Source of the DNA: Candidatus Limnocylindria bacterium
GTDB taxonomy: Bacteria; Chloroflexota; Limnocylindria; P2-11E
NCBI GenBank assembly: GCA_035543375.1
Contig: DASZZF010000023.1
Span: 9,538-73,537 of the forward strand
DNA length: 64,000 nucleotides
Direction: 5' to 3'
Positions within the stretch are counted from its first letter, which is position 1; the number at the start of each line of letters is the position of its first letter. The notes under the pieces are model-generated. The model saw nothing but the letters and a program-made list of their open reading frames with translations. It had not been told where the DNA came from and did no database searches. Both the position numbers and the translations under genes were made by a program. Of this stretch, positions 7,530-16,931 are shown piece by piece.

Positions 7530-8695
7530 CGGAGCGCGCGCAACGCCGAACCCAATCGCGGACCCAGCGCGGCGGGCCGCGCATCTGTGATCCTGACATC
7601 GTCGCAGCCGACCCAGGTCGCGGCCTCGACGAGCGCCCGCGCGATCCTGCCGGCCTGCGCGACGTCGCCGCTCACCCGCTTGGCGACCAGGGTCGTGCCG
7701 GCCCGGCCCGGATCGACGCGGCCGACGAGCCGGCCACCCGCGAGCACCGGCATCGTGAAATAGCCATGCACCCGATCGGGGGCGGGCGTGTACGCCTCGA
7801 GCTTGTGGGTAAAGCCGAAGATCCGCTCCACCCGCGAACGGTCCCAGATGAGCGAGTCGAATGGGGACAGCAGCGTCGTGCGATGCGCGCCACCGGTCGG
7901 CGCGTCGATCGCTCCGGGCGCAGCCCAGGCCTCGCGATCCCAGCCACGCACGCGCACCGGAACGAGCCGCGCGCGATCGATCGCCACGCGTGCCTCCGCC
8001 AATGTCATTCCACCGAAGTGACCGCGGAGATCCTCAAGCGTGCCGACGCCGATCCGGTCCGCCGTGAGTCGCACGAGACGCGCATGGCATACCTCATCGT
8101 TGAGCTCGCGCGCGCGGAGCCGGGCCGGGATCGCCCGCTCGGTCAGGTCGTACACGCGCCGCCATGCACGCCGTTCGACGCAGACGACCTCGCCGATGGC
8201 GAGCAGCCGCTCGAGCGCGATCTTCTCCGCCGACCAGTGCCACCACACGCTCTCCGGTCGCGGCGCCTTGCTGCGGGACCCGCCGAGCTCCGTCGCGGTG
8301 AGCGGACCGCGCGTCCGCAGCTCGGCGAGCACGGCGCGCATCGCGCGGGTGCCCGGCGGTCGTCGCGGGTGGACCCAGCGCGCGCTGCGCCGGCGGCGCG
8401 CGGCGAACAGCGGCCAGAGCTCGATCGCGATGATGCACATCGCGTGGGCGAGGCCTTCGAACGCTCGCACGGGCCGGCCCCAGTAGGCGCTCTCGACTGA
8501 AGTGCGGCCGACGGCGCCGAGACGCGCGTACGCGACGAGCTCGTGCGAACGCGCGAGGACCGAGATCGTGTCCAGCTGCACGGCGCCGAGCGCCCGCAAT
8601 AGCCCCGGCACGCCCGCGGCGCGATCGGTCGCCCCGATGAGACCCTGAGCGTGGAGCGCCAGACGTCGCGCCTCGGCGGCGGAGAGCTCGATCAC
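7526..8695 (-). CDS. ycaQ: YcaQ/AlkZ-family (HTH_42, DUF1006) winged-helix DNA glycosylase
   Basis: N-terminus LSAAEARRLALHAQGL...GAVQLDTISV has the family pattern and a Q40-L41-D42 (Q-phi-D) motif as in E. coli YcaQ. GTGA overlaps at both ends. Confidence 0.75.
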   Translation of the reverse strand: MIELSAAEARRLALHAQGLIGATDRAAGVPGLLRALGAVQLDTISVLARSHELVAYARLGAVGRTSVESAYWGRPVRAFEGLAHAMCIIAIELWPLFAARRRRSARWVHPRRPPGTRAMRAVLAELRTRGPLTATELGGSRSKAPRPESVWWHWSAEKIALERLLAIGEVVCVERRAWRRVYDLTERAIPARLRARELNDEVCHARLVRLTADRIGVGTLEDLRGHFGGMTLAEARVAIDRARLVPVRVRGWDREAWAAPGAIDAPTGGAHRTTLLSPFDSLIWDRSRVERIFGFTHKLEAYTPAPDRVHGYFTMPVLAGGRLVGRVDPGRAGTTLVAKRVSGDVAQAGRIARALVEAATWVGCDDVRITDARPAALGPRLGSALRALR

Positions 8696-9522
8696 CGCGT
8701 GAACACGCGCAGCGGCCCGACGTCCCGGAAGCCGGAGCGCCCAAGGTTGCGCGCGGACGTGCCGCCTGGCTCGGCCAGCGAGAGGAATGCCCGGCCACCG
8801 CGAGCGAGGCCCAGGCGGACCCGTTCGGCGATGAGCGCGCGCTGGATGCTCTGTCCGCGATGCGCCGGGAGCACGTTACCCGACCACAAGCTCCCGGCAC
8901 CGGCGGTCATGACGATGATCCCGCTGGCGGCGGGGTCGTCGCCGCGCGTCGCCCGCACGGCGATCGCGGTGCGCGGATGATCTCGGAGCATCGCGATGCG
9001 GGTCCGCGTGAAGTACTCCCCACGGGACCACGGCCGCCGAACCCGGCGTTCGCGAGCATCGCCAGGGGCGCGACGTCGCCTGTGCTGACCCGTTCGACGC
9101 GGACGCCGGCGGGCAGACTGCGACCGGGCGCGCGCGTCCCCGCTGGCACGAACACGTGATGTTCGGGGTCGATCTCGCGCAGACCGCGCCCGCGGAGGAG
9201 CCGGACCGCCGCCGCTGGGGTGAGCCGCCCAAGAACGGCAAGGCGCGGCGGAAGGCGAAGACCGGTGTAGTGCGCGAGCACGGCGTCGAGCGTTCGACCA
9301 TCGGCCGGCGTCAGGATGCCGAAGTCGATCGCGAGATCACCGAAACCGTGCTCCGGATCGGGGAACGAGCGCGCGGAGAAGCACCTGACGCCGGCCCGGG
9401 TCGCATGCCCGAGGCCGTAGCGATCCGCGAGGACGCGGTCGCTCCGGGTCCAGAGGATCTGCGCGGCGACGAGATTGCGCGTGATCGCGCGTGAGCGTGC
9501 GGGCGTGATGGCGCGGGGTCAC
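8692..9522 (-). pseudogene. GNAT-family acetyltransferase-like gene with at least two reading-frame disruptions
   Basis: The C-terminal part (8692..8991 frame) has the GNAT core (LPAHRGQSIQRALIAERV). The best upstream translation (..VRVERVSTGDVAPLAMLANAGFGG) is in another frame, with the junction near 9020-9030. That frame has no canonical start. A GTG at 9522 (GTGA-coupled) is in the C-terminal frame. Confidence 0.5.
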
Positions 9523-10487
9523 GCCAGACGGCGGAGCGTGCGGCGGACGAGCTCGCGGGCGAGCGGGACCTTGTAGCCGTTGTCCTTCAACGGCTCGGCG
9601 GCGTCGAGCGCGGCGTCCGCCGCGGCCTGACACGCCGCCTCGTCGAGCGCGCGCGATTCGAGCAGCTTCTCCGCCGCGCGCGCCCGCCAAGGGACCGCGG
9701 CGACGCCGCCGAGCACGATGCGCGCGTCGCGCGCGACGCCGCCGATGAGCTTCACCGACACGGCGACCGAGACGAGCGCGAAGCTCCAGGTCTTGCGTTC
9801 CATCGCTTTCTCGAACGCCCCGCGTCGCGCCAGCGCGTTCTCGGGAACGCGTACCTCGGTGATGAGCTCACCGGGAATGATGCCATGCATCCGGCGCGCG
9901 CGACCCTGGGGCACGCGGTAGAGATCGGACAGTGGCAGCGTGCGCGTCCCCCGCGCGCTCGCGAGGGTGACCGTCGCGTCGCAGGCGATCAGGGCCGGAG
10001 CGAGGTCCGACGGGGCGACCGCCACGCAGACATCGGCACCGAGCACGGCGTGGAGCCGGTTGTCGCCGTCGACGGCGAAGCAGCGAATGCCGCCCTTCAG
10101 CCAGCACGGGTAGGCCTCGTCACGGAAGTACCAGCAGCGATTCTCCTGCAGCAGGTTCCCGCCGACGGTGCCCATCATCCGCAGCTGCAGCGTGGCGGCC
10201 GGACGCAGCGCCTCGCCGACGATCGGCAGGAGCTTCGCGAGCTCCGGCGAAGCCTCGAGCTCGGCGAGCGTCTCGAGGGCGCCGATGCGGATGCCCTTGC
10301 CCTTCGCCCGGGTCCAGCCCCGCAGGGCCTCCACGTCGCGGAGGTCGACGATGCGCTCGGGTGACACGATGCCGTCCTTCATCAGGCCGAGCAGATCGGT
10401 CCCGCCGGCCATCGCGGTGGCGCCCGCCTGCGCCAGCCGCAGGGCATCGGTGAGGGCGCGCGGTCGCGCGTAGGCGAATGGCTTCAT
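9519..10487 (-). CDS. FAD-binding (medium) subunit of xanthine dehydrogenase family
   Basis: MKPFAYARPRALTDAL...MAGGTDLLGLMK is CoxM/PaoB-like. ATGA overlap with the large-subunit stop. Confidence 0.85.
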   Translation of the reverse strand: MKPFAYARPRALTDALRLAQAGATAMAGGTDLLGLMKDGIVSPERIVDLRDVEALRGWTRAKGKGIRIGALETLAELEASPELAKLLPIVGEALRPAATLQLRMMGTVGGNLLQENRCWYFRDEAYPCWLKGGIRCFAVDGDNRLHAVLGADVCVAVAPSDLAPALIACDATVTLASARGTRTLPLSDLYRVPQGRARRMHGIIPGELITEVRVPENALARRGAFEKAMERKTWSFALVSVAVSVKLIGGVARDARIVLGGVAAVPWRARAAEKLLESRALDEAACQAAADAALDAAEPLKDNGYKVPLARELVRRTLRRLA

Positions 10488-12766
10488 CGGCGGAGGGCCA
10501 GCGCTTCGAGCACGCGCGCACGGGTGATGGGGGCCGTGCGCACCCGGACCCCGATCGCGTTCGCGACCGCGTTCGCGACCGCGGCGGGCAGCGGGATGAT
10601 CGGCGGCTCGCCGAGGCCCTTCGCGCCCACGTTGTTCGCCTTCGTGTCGGGATCGTCGATGAAGCGCACCGTGATCTTCGGGACGTCGCGGACCGTTGGC
10701 ACCTTGTACCCCTCGAGGTTCCCGTTGACCACGCGCCCGGTCGGCCGATCGACGACCCGCTCTTCGCTGAGAACGAAGCCGAGCCCCTGGATGACGCCGC
10801 CCTCGACCTGCGACGCGGCGAGGAGCGGATTCACCACGCGCCCGATGTCGTGCACGGCGACCACGTGCTCGACGAAGACCTCGCCCGTCCGGACGTCGAC
10901 CTCGAGCTGCACGAAGTGCGCGCCGAACGTCTTGAGCGACACGTCCTCGGGATTCGGGAACCGCGAGCCCTTGCCGACGACCGTGTAGTTGTCGACCTGT
11001 TTCAGGATCTCACCGAGCGGCGTCCGGCGACCGTGGCTGATGACGGAGCCACCCTGGACGCGCAGCTCGCTCGCGCGCACCTCCAGCAGTCCGGCCGCGA
11101 CATCGAGCAGCTGCGAACGCGCGTCCGCCGCCGCGAGGCGCACGGCGGGCGTCAACGACGCCACCGTGAGCGAACCGGCGGAGATCGGGGCGTACTGGTC
11201 GTTCGTGTCACCGATCTCGACGCGGACGTCTTTCAGCGTGACGCCGAGCTCTTCGGCGACGACCTGGGCAAGCACGGTCCGGGTCCCGGTCCCGATGTCC
11301 TGCGTTCCAGAGCGGACCACGACCGTACCGTCAGGATTGAGATGCACGGTCGCGTACGCGGGAGGCAGGCCGCTCCCGCCCCAGAGCTGCGACGCCATCC
11401 CGTAACCGCGACGGCGATGCGGCGCGCTGCCGCGGAGGCCCTCCGGCCGGCGATGCTGCCAGCCGATCTCTGTCGCCCCGATGTCGTAGCACTGGGCAAG
11501 CCGCTTGAGCGAGTAGCGCTTTCCGGTCTGGGGGTCGGTCATCCGTCCGGCGTGCTTGCGCCGCAACTCGAGCGGGTCCAGGCCGATCCGCAGGGCGAGC
11601 TCGTCGATCGACTGGTCCAGCGCGAAGGTGCCCTCGACGTAGCCGGGCGCGCGGAACGAAGCGAGGAAGCCCATGTTCGTCACCACGCGATACGACCGCG
11701 TGCGCACGTTCGGGATGTCGTAGAGCCCGTTCGTCGGGCCCGGAGGGTTCGCCACCCACTTGCCCTGTCCGGAGTTCGACCACGAGAGGTGCTCGATCGC
11801 GACGATCCGCTTCCGCGCAGCGGCGATACGGATCTTCTGGACGGTGGCCGAGCGGTTCCCGGCGGCGACGTTCTCCTCGTCGCGCGTGAGGATGCAGCGC
11901 ACCGGTGCGCCGAGCTGCCGCGCGAAGAGCGCCGCGATGATCGTGTACTTACCTGCCCCGCCCTTCGATCCGAACCCTCCGCCCATGTAATCGCAGATCA
12001 CGCGGATGCTCGAGAACGGGATCTTGAGCGCATTCTGCAATCCGGCGCGAACGCCGAAGACGTGCTGCGTCGATTCGTGGACGACGAGCTCGTCGCCGTC
12101 CCACGTCGCGACCGCGCCGTGCGTCTCGAGGCTGTTGTGCAGCTGCGTGGATGTGCGGTACGTCTGCTCCACCACGGTATTCGCTGACGCGAACGCGCGA
12201 GTCACATCGCCGCGCTCGTACTTTCCCGACTCGCTGACGTTCCCGTTCGCCTCGATCCTCGGCGCGCCCTCGTCCATCGCCTCCTCGAGATCGACGACGA
12301 ACGGCAGGACCTCGTAGTCGACGTCGATCAGCCGGACCGCCTCCGCCGCGGTCTCCTCGCGATCGGCCGCGACCGCGGCGACCTCGTCGCCGACGAACCG
12401 CACCTCCTCGCGGAAGATGGTGTCCTCGCCGCGGAACGGGGCCTTCGGCGCGTTGAAGCGGTGGAGCACGGCACGTACTCCCGGCAGCGCGAGCGCCCGG
12501 CTCGCGTCGATACGCTGCACTTGGGCGCGTGGGTATGGGCTCCGCAGGAGACGAACGTGCAGCATCCCGGGTAGATAGAGATCCTGCGTGTACATCGCGC
12601 GACCGGTGACGCGCGCGATCCCGTCGATCCTCGGGTGACGCTTGCCCACGATGGAGAGATCGGCGGCGGCGCCCCAGGCCTTGAGATCCTTGCCCTGGAC
12701 GAGCGCGATCTCCTCGCTAATCTCGCCCTCGAACTCGGATTGGGTCTTCACGACCCGGATGCTCAT
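10484..12766 (-). CDS. molybdopterin-binding (large) subunit of xanthine dehydrogenase/aldehyde oxidase family
   Basis: 760 aa from MSIRVVKTQSEF.... Start trimmed from the track (12940) to the ATG whose ATGA overlaps the small-subunit stop. Family-typical blocks are present (GGGFGSKG, RAPGYVEG). Confidence 0.9.
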   Translation of the reverse strand: MSIRVVKTQSEFEGEISEEIALVQGKDLKAWGAAADLSIVGKRHPRIDGIARVTGRAMYTQDLYLPGMLHVRLLRSPYPRAQVQRIDASRALALPGVRAVLHRFNAPKAPFRGEDTIFREEVRFVGDEVAAVAADREETAAEAVRLIDVDYEVLPFVVDLEEAMDEGAPRIEANGNVSESGKYERGDVTRAFASANTVVEQTYRTSTQLHNSLETHGAVATWDGDELVVHESTQHVFGVRAGLQNALKIPFSSIRVICDYMGGGFGSKGGAGKYTIIAALFARQLGAPVRCILTRDEENVAAGNRSATVQKIRIAAARKRIVAIEHLSWSNSGQGKWVANPPGPTNGLYDIPNVRTRSYRVVTNMGFLASFRAPGYVEGTFALDQSIDELALRIGLDPLELRRKHAGRMTDPQTGKRYSLKRLAQCYDIGATEIGWQHRRPEGLRGSAPHRRRGYGMASQLWGGSGLPPAYATVHLNPDGTVVVRSGTQDIGTGTRTVLAQVVAEELGVTLKDVRVEIGDTNDQYAPISAGSLTVASLTPAVRLAAADARSQLLDVAAGLLEVRASELRVQGGSVISHGRRTPLGEILKQVDNYTVVGKGSRFPNPEDVSLKTFGAHFVQLEVDVRTGEVFVEHVVAVHDIGRVVNPLLAASQVEGGVIQGLGFVLSEERVVDRPTGRVVNGNLEGYKVPTVRDVPKITVRFIDDPDTKANNVGAKGLGEPPIIPLPAAVANAVANAIGVRVRTAPITRARVLEALALRR

Positions 12767-13266
12767 CGCTTGGTCCGCTTCTTGGCCGCGCCGAGGGCGG
12801 CGTTGACGATGTTGGGGTAGGCACCACACCGGCAGAGGTTGCCGCTCACTGCCCGCATGACGTCGTCGGCGGAGGGCGACGGATCGCGGCGGAGCAGCGC
12901 GACGCAGGACATGATCTGGCCGGGCGTGCAGAAGCCGCACTGGTACGCGTCGTGATCGATGAACGCGCGCTGCACTGGGTGGAGTTCACCGTTCGAAGCG
13001 AGACCCTCGACCGTCTCGATGACCTGGCCGGCGCAGGCGACGGCGAGGGTCATGCACGAGTACACGGGTGTGCCGTCCACGAGCACGGTGCACGCGCCGC
13101 AATTACCTTCGTCGCAGACGCGCTTCGCGCCGGTGAGGCCGAGCGTCTCGCGCAGCGTGTCCAGCAGCGTCCGGTGCGGCGGCACGTGAACGCGCACGCC
13201 ATCGCCGTTGACGGTGAACGACACGTCGAGCGCGCCGGGGCCGACGAAATCAGGGGCCTTGGCCAC
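12763..13266 (-). CDS. [2Fe-2S]-binding small subunit of xanthine dehydrogenase family
   Basis: CDEGNCGACTVLVDG...CGFCTPGQIMS...NLCRCGAY gives both Fe-S cluster motifs of CoxS/PaoA-type subunits. Confidence 0.9.
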   Translation of the reverse strand: MAKAPDFVGPGALDVSFTVNGDGVRVHVPPHRTLLDTLRETLGLTGAKRVCDEGNCGACTVLVDGTPVYSCMTLAVACAGQVIETVEGLASNGELHPVQRAFIDHDAYQCGFCTPGQIMSCVALLRRDPSPSADDVMRAVSGNLCRCGAYPNIVNAALGAAKKRTKR

Positions 13267-13330
13267 GAGCGCATCGTACCGAGGGCGTCCGTATCATGCG
13301 CGAGCGGGACGAAAGCAAGGGGAAAGCTCC

Positions 13331-14218
13331 ATGCCGATCAAACGCGTGGGCGTCGTTGGCTTCGGATTGATGGGCTCGGGGATCGCGCAGGTCTGCGCGC
13401 AGGCCGGTTACGAGACGATCGTGCGCGAAGTCGCCGAGGGACTCCTCGAGAAGGGCTTCGGCCGGGTCGACGGATCGCTCACGCGCCTCGTGAAGGGCCA
13501 GCGCCTCTCCGAGAACGACGCGAAGGCGGCGCGCGCGCGAATGACGGGCACGACGGCGCTCGCCGACCTCACGGACGTCGACCTCGTCATTGAGGCCGTC
13601 GTCGAACAGATCGAGGTCAAGAAGGACGTCTTCGGCGAGCTCGACCGGCTCTGCCCGGCGTCGACGATCTTCTGCTCGAACACCTCGAGCCTGACGATCA
13701 TCGAGATGGCCGCGACGACAAAACGTCAGGACCGTTTCGCGGGCCTGCACTTCTTCAATCCCGCCCCGGTGATGCCCCTCGTCGAGATCGTGCGATCGAT
13801 CACGACGAGCGACGCCACCATCGCGGCGTTGCGTGAGTTCGTCGCGTCGCTGGGCAAGACCGGCGTCGTTTGCAAGGACACGCCCGGGTTCATCGTGAAC
13901 CGGCTCCTCGTCCCCTACCTCCTGGGCGCGATCCGCGCGCTCGAGCAGGGCGTCGCGTCGGTCGAGGAGATCGACACTGCGGTGAAGCTGGGCCTGCGCT
14001 ATCCGATGGGGCCGTTCGAGCTGATCGACTACACCGGATTGGACATCAACCTCCACGTCGCCAATGTGTTCTTCGATGAGTTCAAGGACCCGAGCATGGC
14101 CCCGCCCGCGCTGCTGAAGCGCATGGTCCTTGCGGGCCAGCTCGGCGCGAAGAGCGGCAAAGGGTTCTACGAGTACGACGAGAAGGGTCAGAAGAAGTCC
14201 AGGACGCCCACGAAATAG
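13331..14218 (+). CDS. hbd: 3-hydroxybutyryl-CoA / 3-hydroxyacyl-CoA dehydrogenase
   Basis: MPIKRVGVVGFGLMGSGIAQV (NAD Rossmann fold) and ...GFIVNRLL.PY. AAGGGGA SD lies upstream of ATG 13331. The track start 13208 is rejected because it overlaps the divergent gene. Confidence 0.85.
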   Translation: MPIKRVGVVGFGLMGSGIAQVCAQAGYETIVREVAEGLLEKGFGRVDGSLTRLVKGQRLSENDAKAARARMTGTTALADLTDVDLVIEAVVEQIEVKKDVFGELDRLCPASTIFCSNTSSLTIIEMAATTKRQDRFAGLHFFNPAPVMPLVEIVRSITTSDATIAALREFVASLGKTGVVCKDTPGFIVNRLLVPYLLGAIRALEQGVASVEEIDTAVKLGLRYPMGPFELIDYTGLDINLHVANVFFDEFKDPSMAPPALLKRMVLAGQLGAKSGKGFYEYDEKGQKKSRTPTK

Positions 14219-14268
14219 CCGCGGCGCGCAAGGCCGCGCTCTGGGCGACGGTCGCCGGTACGGCGCAT

Positions 14269-14760
14269 TTGCTGATCGTCGGCTTCGGTGAGCAGGGCTA
14301 TCCGTACGTCTACGACTTCCTGACGGCGCTCGCCTACGGGTTCCTGCTCCCGGTCGTCGCGGTCATCCACGTACGGAACGTTCCCGTCCGCCAGAGCGGC
14401 GCGATCCTCGGGACGCTCGCCGGTGCCGCCGTCGCGACGGTGGGCCTCGCGGGCTCGGCGAACGTCGATGTACGGTCTGCGTCGCTCTTCGTCCTCGGGT
14501 TGTGGTGGTGGACGATCGGGAAGATTGCCGCCGAGACCGGCGTGCTCCCGCGTTCCTTTGGCGTCACCACCGCGGTGATGGGTGCGCTCGCGCTCCTCTT
14601 GGTGCCGCTCGAAGCGTTCTCCCCGGCACTCGCCGCGGTGATGCCCCGGTCGCTGGCGGACGCGCTCGCCCAGCCGTACTTCAGCGTGGCGCATGTCGCG
14701 ATGGCGGGATGGCTCTTCGCGATCGCCGGGGTCCTCGCGCGAGGGACGCGCGCGGCCTGA
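14269..14760 (+). CDS. hypothetical integral membrane protein
   Basis: 163-aa ORF (TTG start) with 4-5 hydrophobic segments. No family recognised. Confidence 0.45.
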   Translation: MLIVGFGEQGYPYVYDFLTALAYGFLLPVVAVIHVRNVPVRQSGAILGTLAGAAVATVGLAGSANVDVRSASLFVLGLWWWTIGKIAAETGVLPRSFGVTTAVMGALALLLVPLEAFSPALAAVMPRSLADALAQPYFSVAHVAMAGWLFAIAGVLARGTRAA

Positions 14761-15189
14761 TCAGCGGGCGGGCCCGTACTCCGCGTCCGCGATCTCCTGG
14801 ATCTCCGCCAGCGACAGCGCGTGGACTGGCGGCGAGAACAAGCGTTGCGCGACAGCGGTGGGCACGCTCGCCCGAGCGGATGACGACCCCGACGAGCACC
14901 GAGAACTGGGTCCTATCGATGATCGGCATACAGGTCGCGGCTGACGAACCCGAAGTCGGCCCGACCGAGATTACCAGCACGATGCCGTCTCCGCGCCAAT
15001 GTCCTCCAACCCGACATCGATGCCGGGGTGCAGCTCGCCCTACCGCGCGGTGAGGGCCTCGATCGCGCCGCCGCTGCCCGCGCCGGTGTATTGATCGGCG
15101 AGCGGATCTTTCGCCGGCCCTGCCGGCGCGCTGGAGCACGAGGCCACGATGAGCAGGCAGCACCCGAGCCACAGCGCGAGGCCCCTCAT
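14761..15189 (-). pseudogene. remnant of a lipoprotein, possibly M23/LytM-like peptidase (nonsense codon plus frameshifts)
   Basis: ATG 15189 gives MRGLALWLGCCLLIVASC (signal peptide with VASC lipobox), then an in-frame TAG at 15040-15042. The same frame continues GELHPGIDVG (HxGxD-like). Protein-like stretches then switch frames twice before a TGA at 14761. No single open frame spans the 430-nt gap. Confidence 0.3.
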
Positions 15190-15227
15190 CACGCTCAGTC
15201 GTGGGACATCGGGCCTACGCTTCGGGC

Positions 15228-15890
15228 ATGCGCGCGCTCGTTGTGCTCAACGGTGACCAACGCGGGTCGGATCGCTGGCTCGCGGCCGTCGCCGCCGCGA
15301 GCGATCTGATCGTCGCCGCCGACGGCGCGGCTGCGAAGCTCGACCGGGCGGGCGTGCGACCACACCTGGTCGTGGGCGATCTGGACTCGATCGCCGCCGA
15401 TCTGCGTGCCTCGCTCGAAACGGCCGGAGTCGCGATCGAACGGCATCCCACCGGCAAGGACAGGACCGACGCCGAGCTCGCGATCGCCGCGGCGGTCTGG
15501 CGCGGCGCTGACGTCGTGCGCGTCGTCGGCGCGTTCGGCGGGGACCGGATCGATCACGCGGTGGCCAATCTGCTGCTGCTCGCCCTTGCGGACTTCGCCG
15601 CTGTGGACCTCAGGCTCGACACCGAGCACGCCACGATCCGCAGGGTCGCGGGGCCCGGCGCGCTTGCGATCGACGGCGTGGCCGGCGACTACGTCACCCT
15701 GGAGCCGCTTTCAGAAGTCGCGTGCGGGGTGCGCAGCGATGGCCTGCGCTATCCGCTCCGCGGGGAGGACCTGGTCCGCGGGTCCTCTCGCGGCGTGAGC
15801 AATGAGCTGATTGGGCCTGACGCGAAGGTCGAGTTGCGGGACGGCCTGTTGCTCGTCGCGATCCAGCGACGCTCGGTACCATCGGGCTGA
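15228..15890 (+). CDS. thiN: thiamine pyrophosphokinase
   Basis: MRALVVLNGD...LIVAADGAA......P.LVVGDLDS......HP..KD.TD.ELA is the TPK catalytic-domain pattern. The stop overlaps the E1-alpha ATG by 1 nt (TGATG). Confidence 0.8.
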   Translation: MRALVVLNGDQRGSDRWLAAVAAASDLIVAADGAAAKLDRAGVRPHLVVGDLDSIAADLRASLETAGVAIERHPTGKDRTDAELAIAAAVWRGADVVRVVGAFGGDRIDHAVANLLLLALADFAAVDLRLDTEHATIRRVAGPGALAIDGVAGDYVTLEPLSEVACGVRSDGLRYPLRGEDLVRGSSRGVSNELIGPDAKVELRDGLLLVAIQRRSVPSG

Positions 15891-16921
15891 TGGCGGTCAA
15901 AACGGGACAGCAGGCCCGTCACCTGGCGCTCGGGCTGACGCTCGAGGACGCGAAGGGCATGTACCGCGCGATGCTCCTCACGCGCATGCTCGGCGAACGG
16001 ATGATGCAGATGAACCGCATGGGCCGCGCCGCGTTCGTCGGTGTCGCCGACGGGCACGAGGCCGCCGAGGTCGGTGCGGCCTGGGCGATCCGCCGCGGCC
16101 ATGACTGGTGCCACCCCTATTACCGCGATGTCGGCGTGGCGCTCGTGCTCGGACAGACGGCGAAGGATCAGTTCCTCGGCGTCTTCGCGAAGGCGACGGA
16201 CCCGAACTCGGGCGGCCGGCAGGTCGTGAATCAGTTCAGCGATCCCGAGGCAAAGATCGTGACCGGATCGGTCTGTATCGCGACCCAATTCCCGCAGGCC
16301 GCCGGCATCGCCCTCGCCGTGAAGATCCGCAAGGAGGACCGGGTGGTCTTCACGTTCGGCGGTGATGGCTCCACGAGCCCGGGCGATTTCCACGAGGCCG
16401 TCAACTTCGCGGCGATCCACAAGCTGCCGGTCGTCTTCATCATCGAGAACAACCTGTTCGCGATCTCGACGCCGACCTCGAAGCAGATGAGCGTGCCGAA
16501 CGTCGCCGATCGCGCCGCCGGCTACGGGATCCCGGGTCTGATCGCCGACGGCACCGACGTGCTCGACGTCTACGCCAAAACGAAAGAGGCTGCCGATCGC
16601 GCGCGCCGCGGCGACGGTCCAAGCATCGTCGAAGCGAAGTGCTACCGCTACCAACCGCATAGCTCCGACGACGACGACTCGCGCTACCGCTCCAAAGAGC
16701 TGCTGCGGGAGTGGCAGGCGAAAGATCCCGTGGACAAGGGACGCGCGTACCTGCTCGCGCAGGGCGTGACCGAGAGCGATCTCGACGCGATGCGCGCGGA
16801 GATCGCCGCGGAGATCGAGCGCTCGATCGACGAAGCGGAAGCCGATCCGGACCCACGGGCGGAGGACCTGCTCGAACACGTGTACGCAAAGGACGGCATC
16901 CCGAGCGGCACGCGCGGCTAG
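15890..16921 (+). CDS. TPP-dependent 2-oxoacid dehydrogenase E1 component, alpha subunit (no beta subunit adjacent)
   Basis: Family blocks YR.M.L.R..E.......G, and the TPP motif GDGSTSPGDFHEAVNFAAIHKLPVVFIIENN (GDG-x26-NN). Confidence 0.85.
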   Translation: MAVKTGQQARHLALGLTLEDAKGMYRAMLLTRMLGERMMQMNRMGRAAFVGVADGHEAAEVGAAWAIRRGHDWCHPYYRDVGVALVLGQTAKDQFLGVFAKATDPNSGGRQVVNQFSDPEAKIVTGSVCIATQFPQAAGIALAVKIRKEDRVVFTFGGDGSTSPGDFHEAVNFAAIHKLPVVFIIENNLFAISTPTSKQMSVPNVADRAAGYGIPGLIADGTDVLDVYAKTKEAADRARRGDGPSIVEAKCYRYQPHSSDDDDSRYRSKELLREWQAKDPVDKGRAYLLAQGVTESDLDAMRAEIAAEIERSIDEAEADPDPRAEDLLEHVYAKDGIPSGTRG

Positions 16922-16931
16922 CCGGCCGCTG

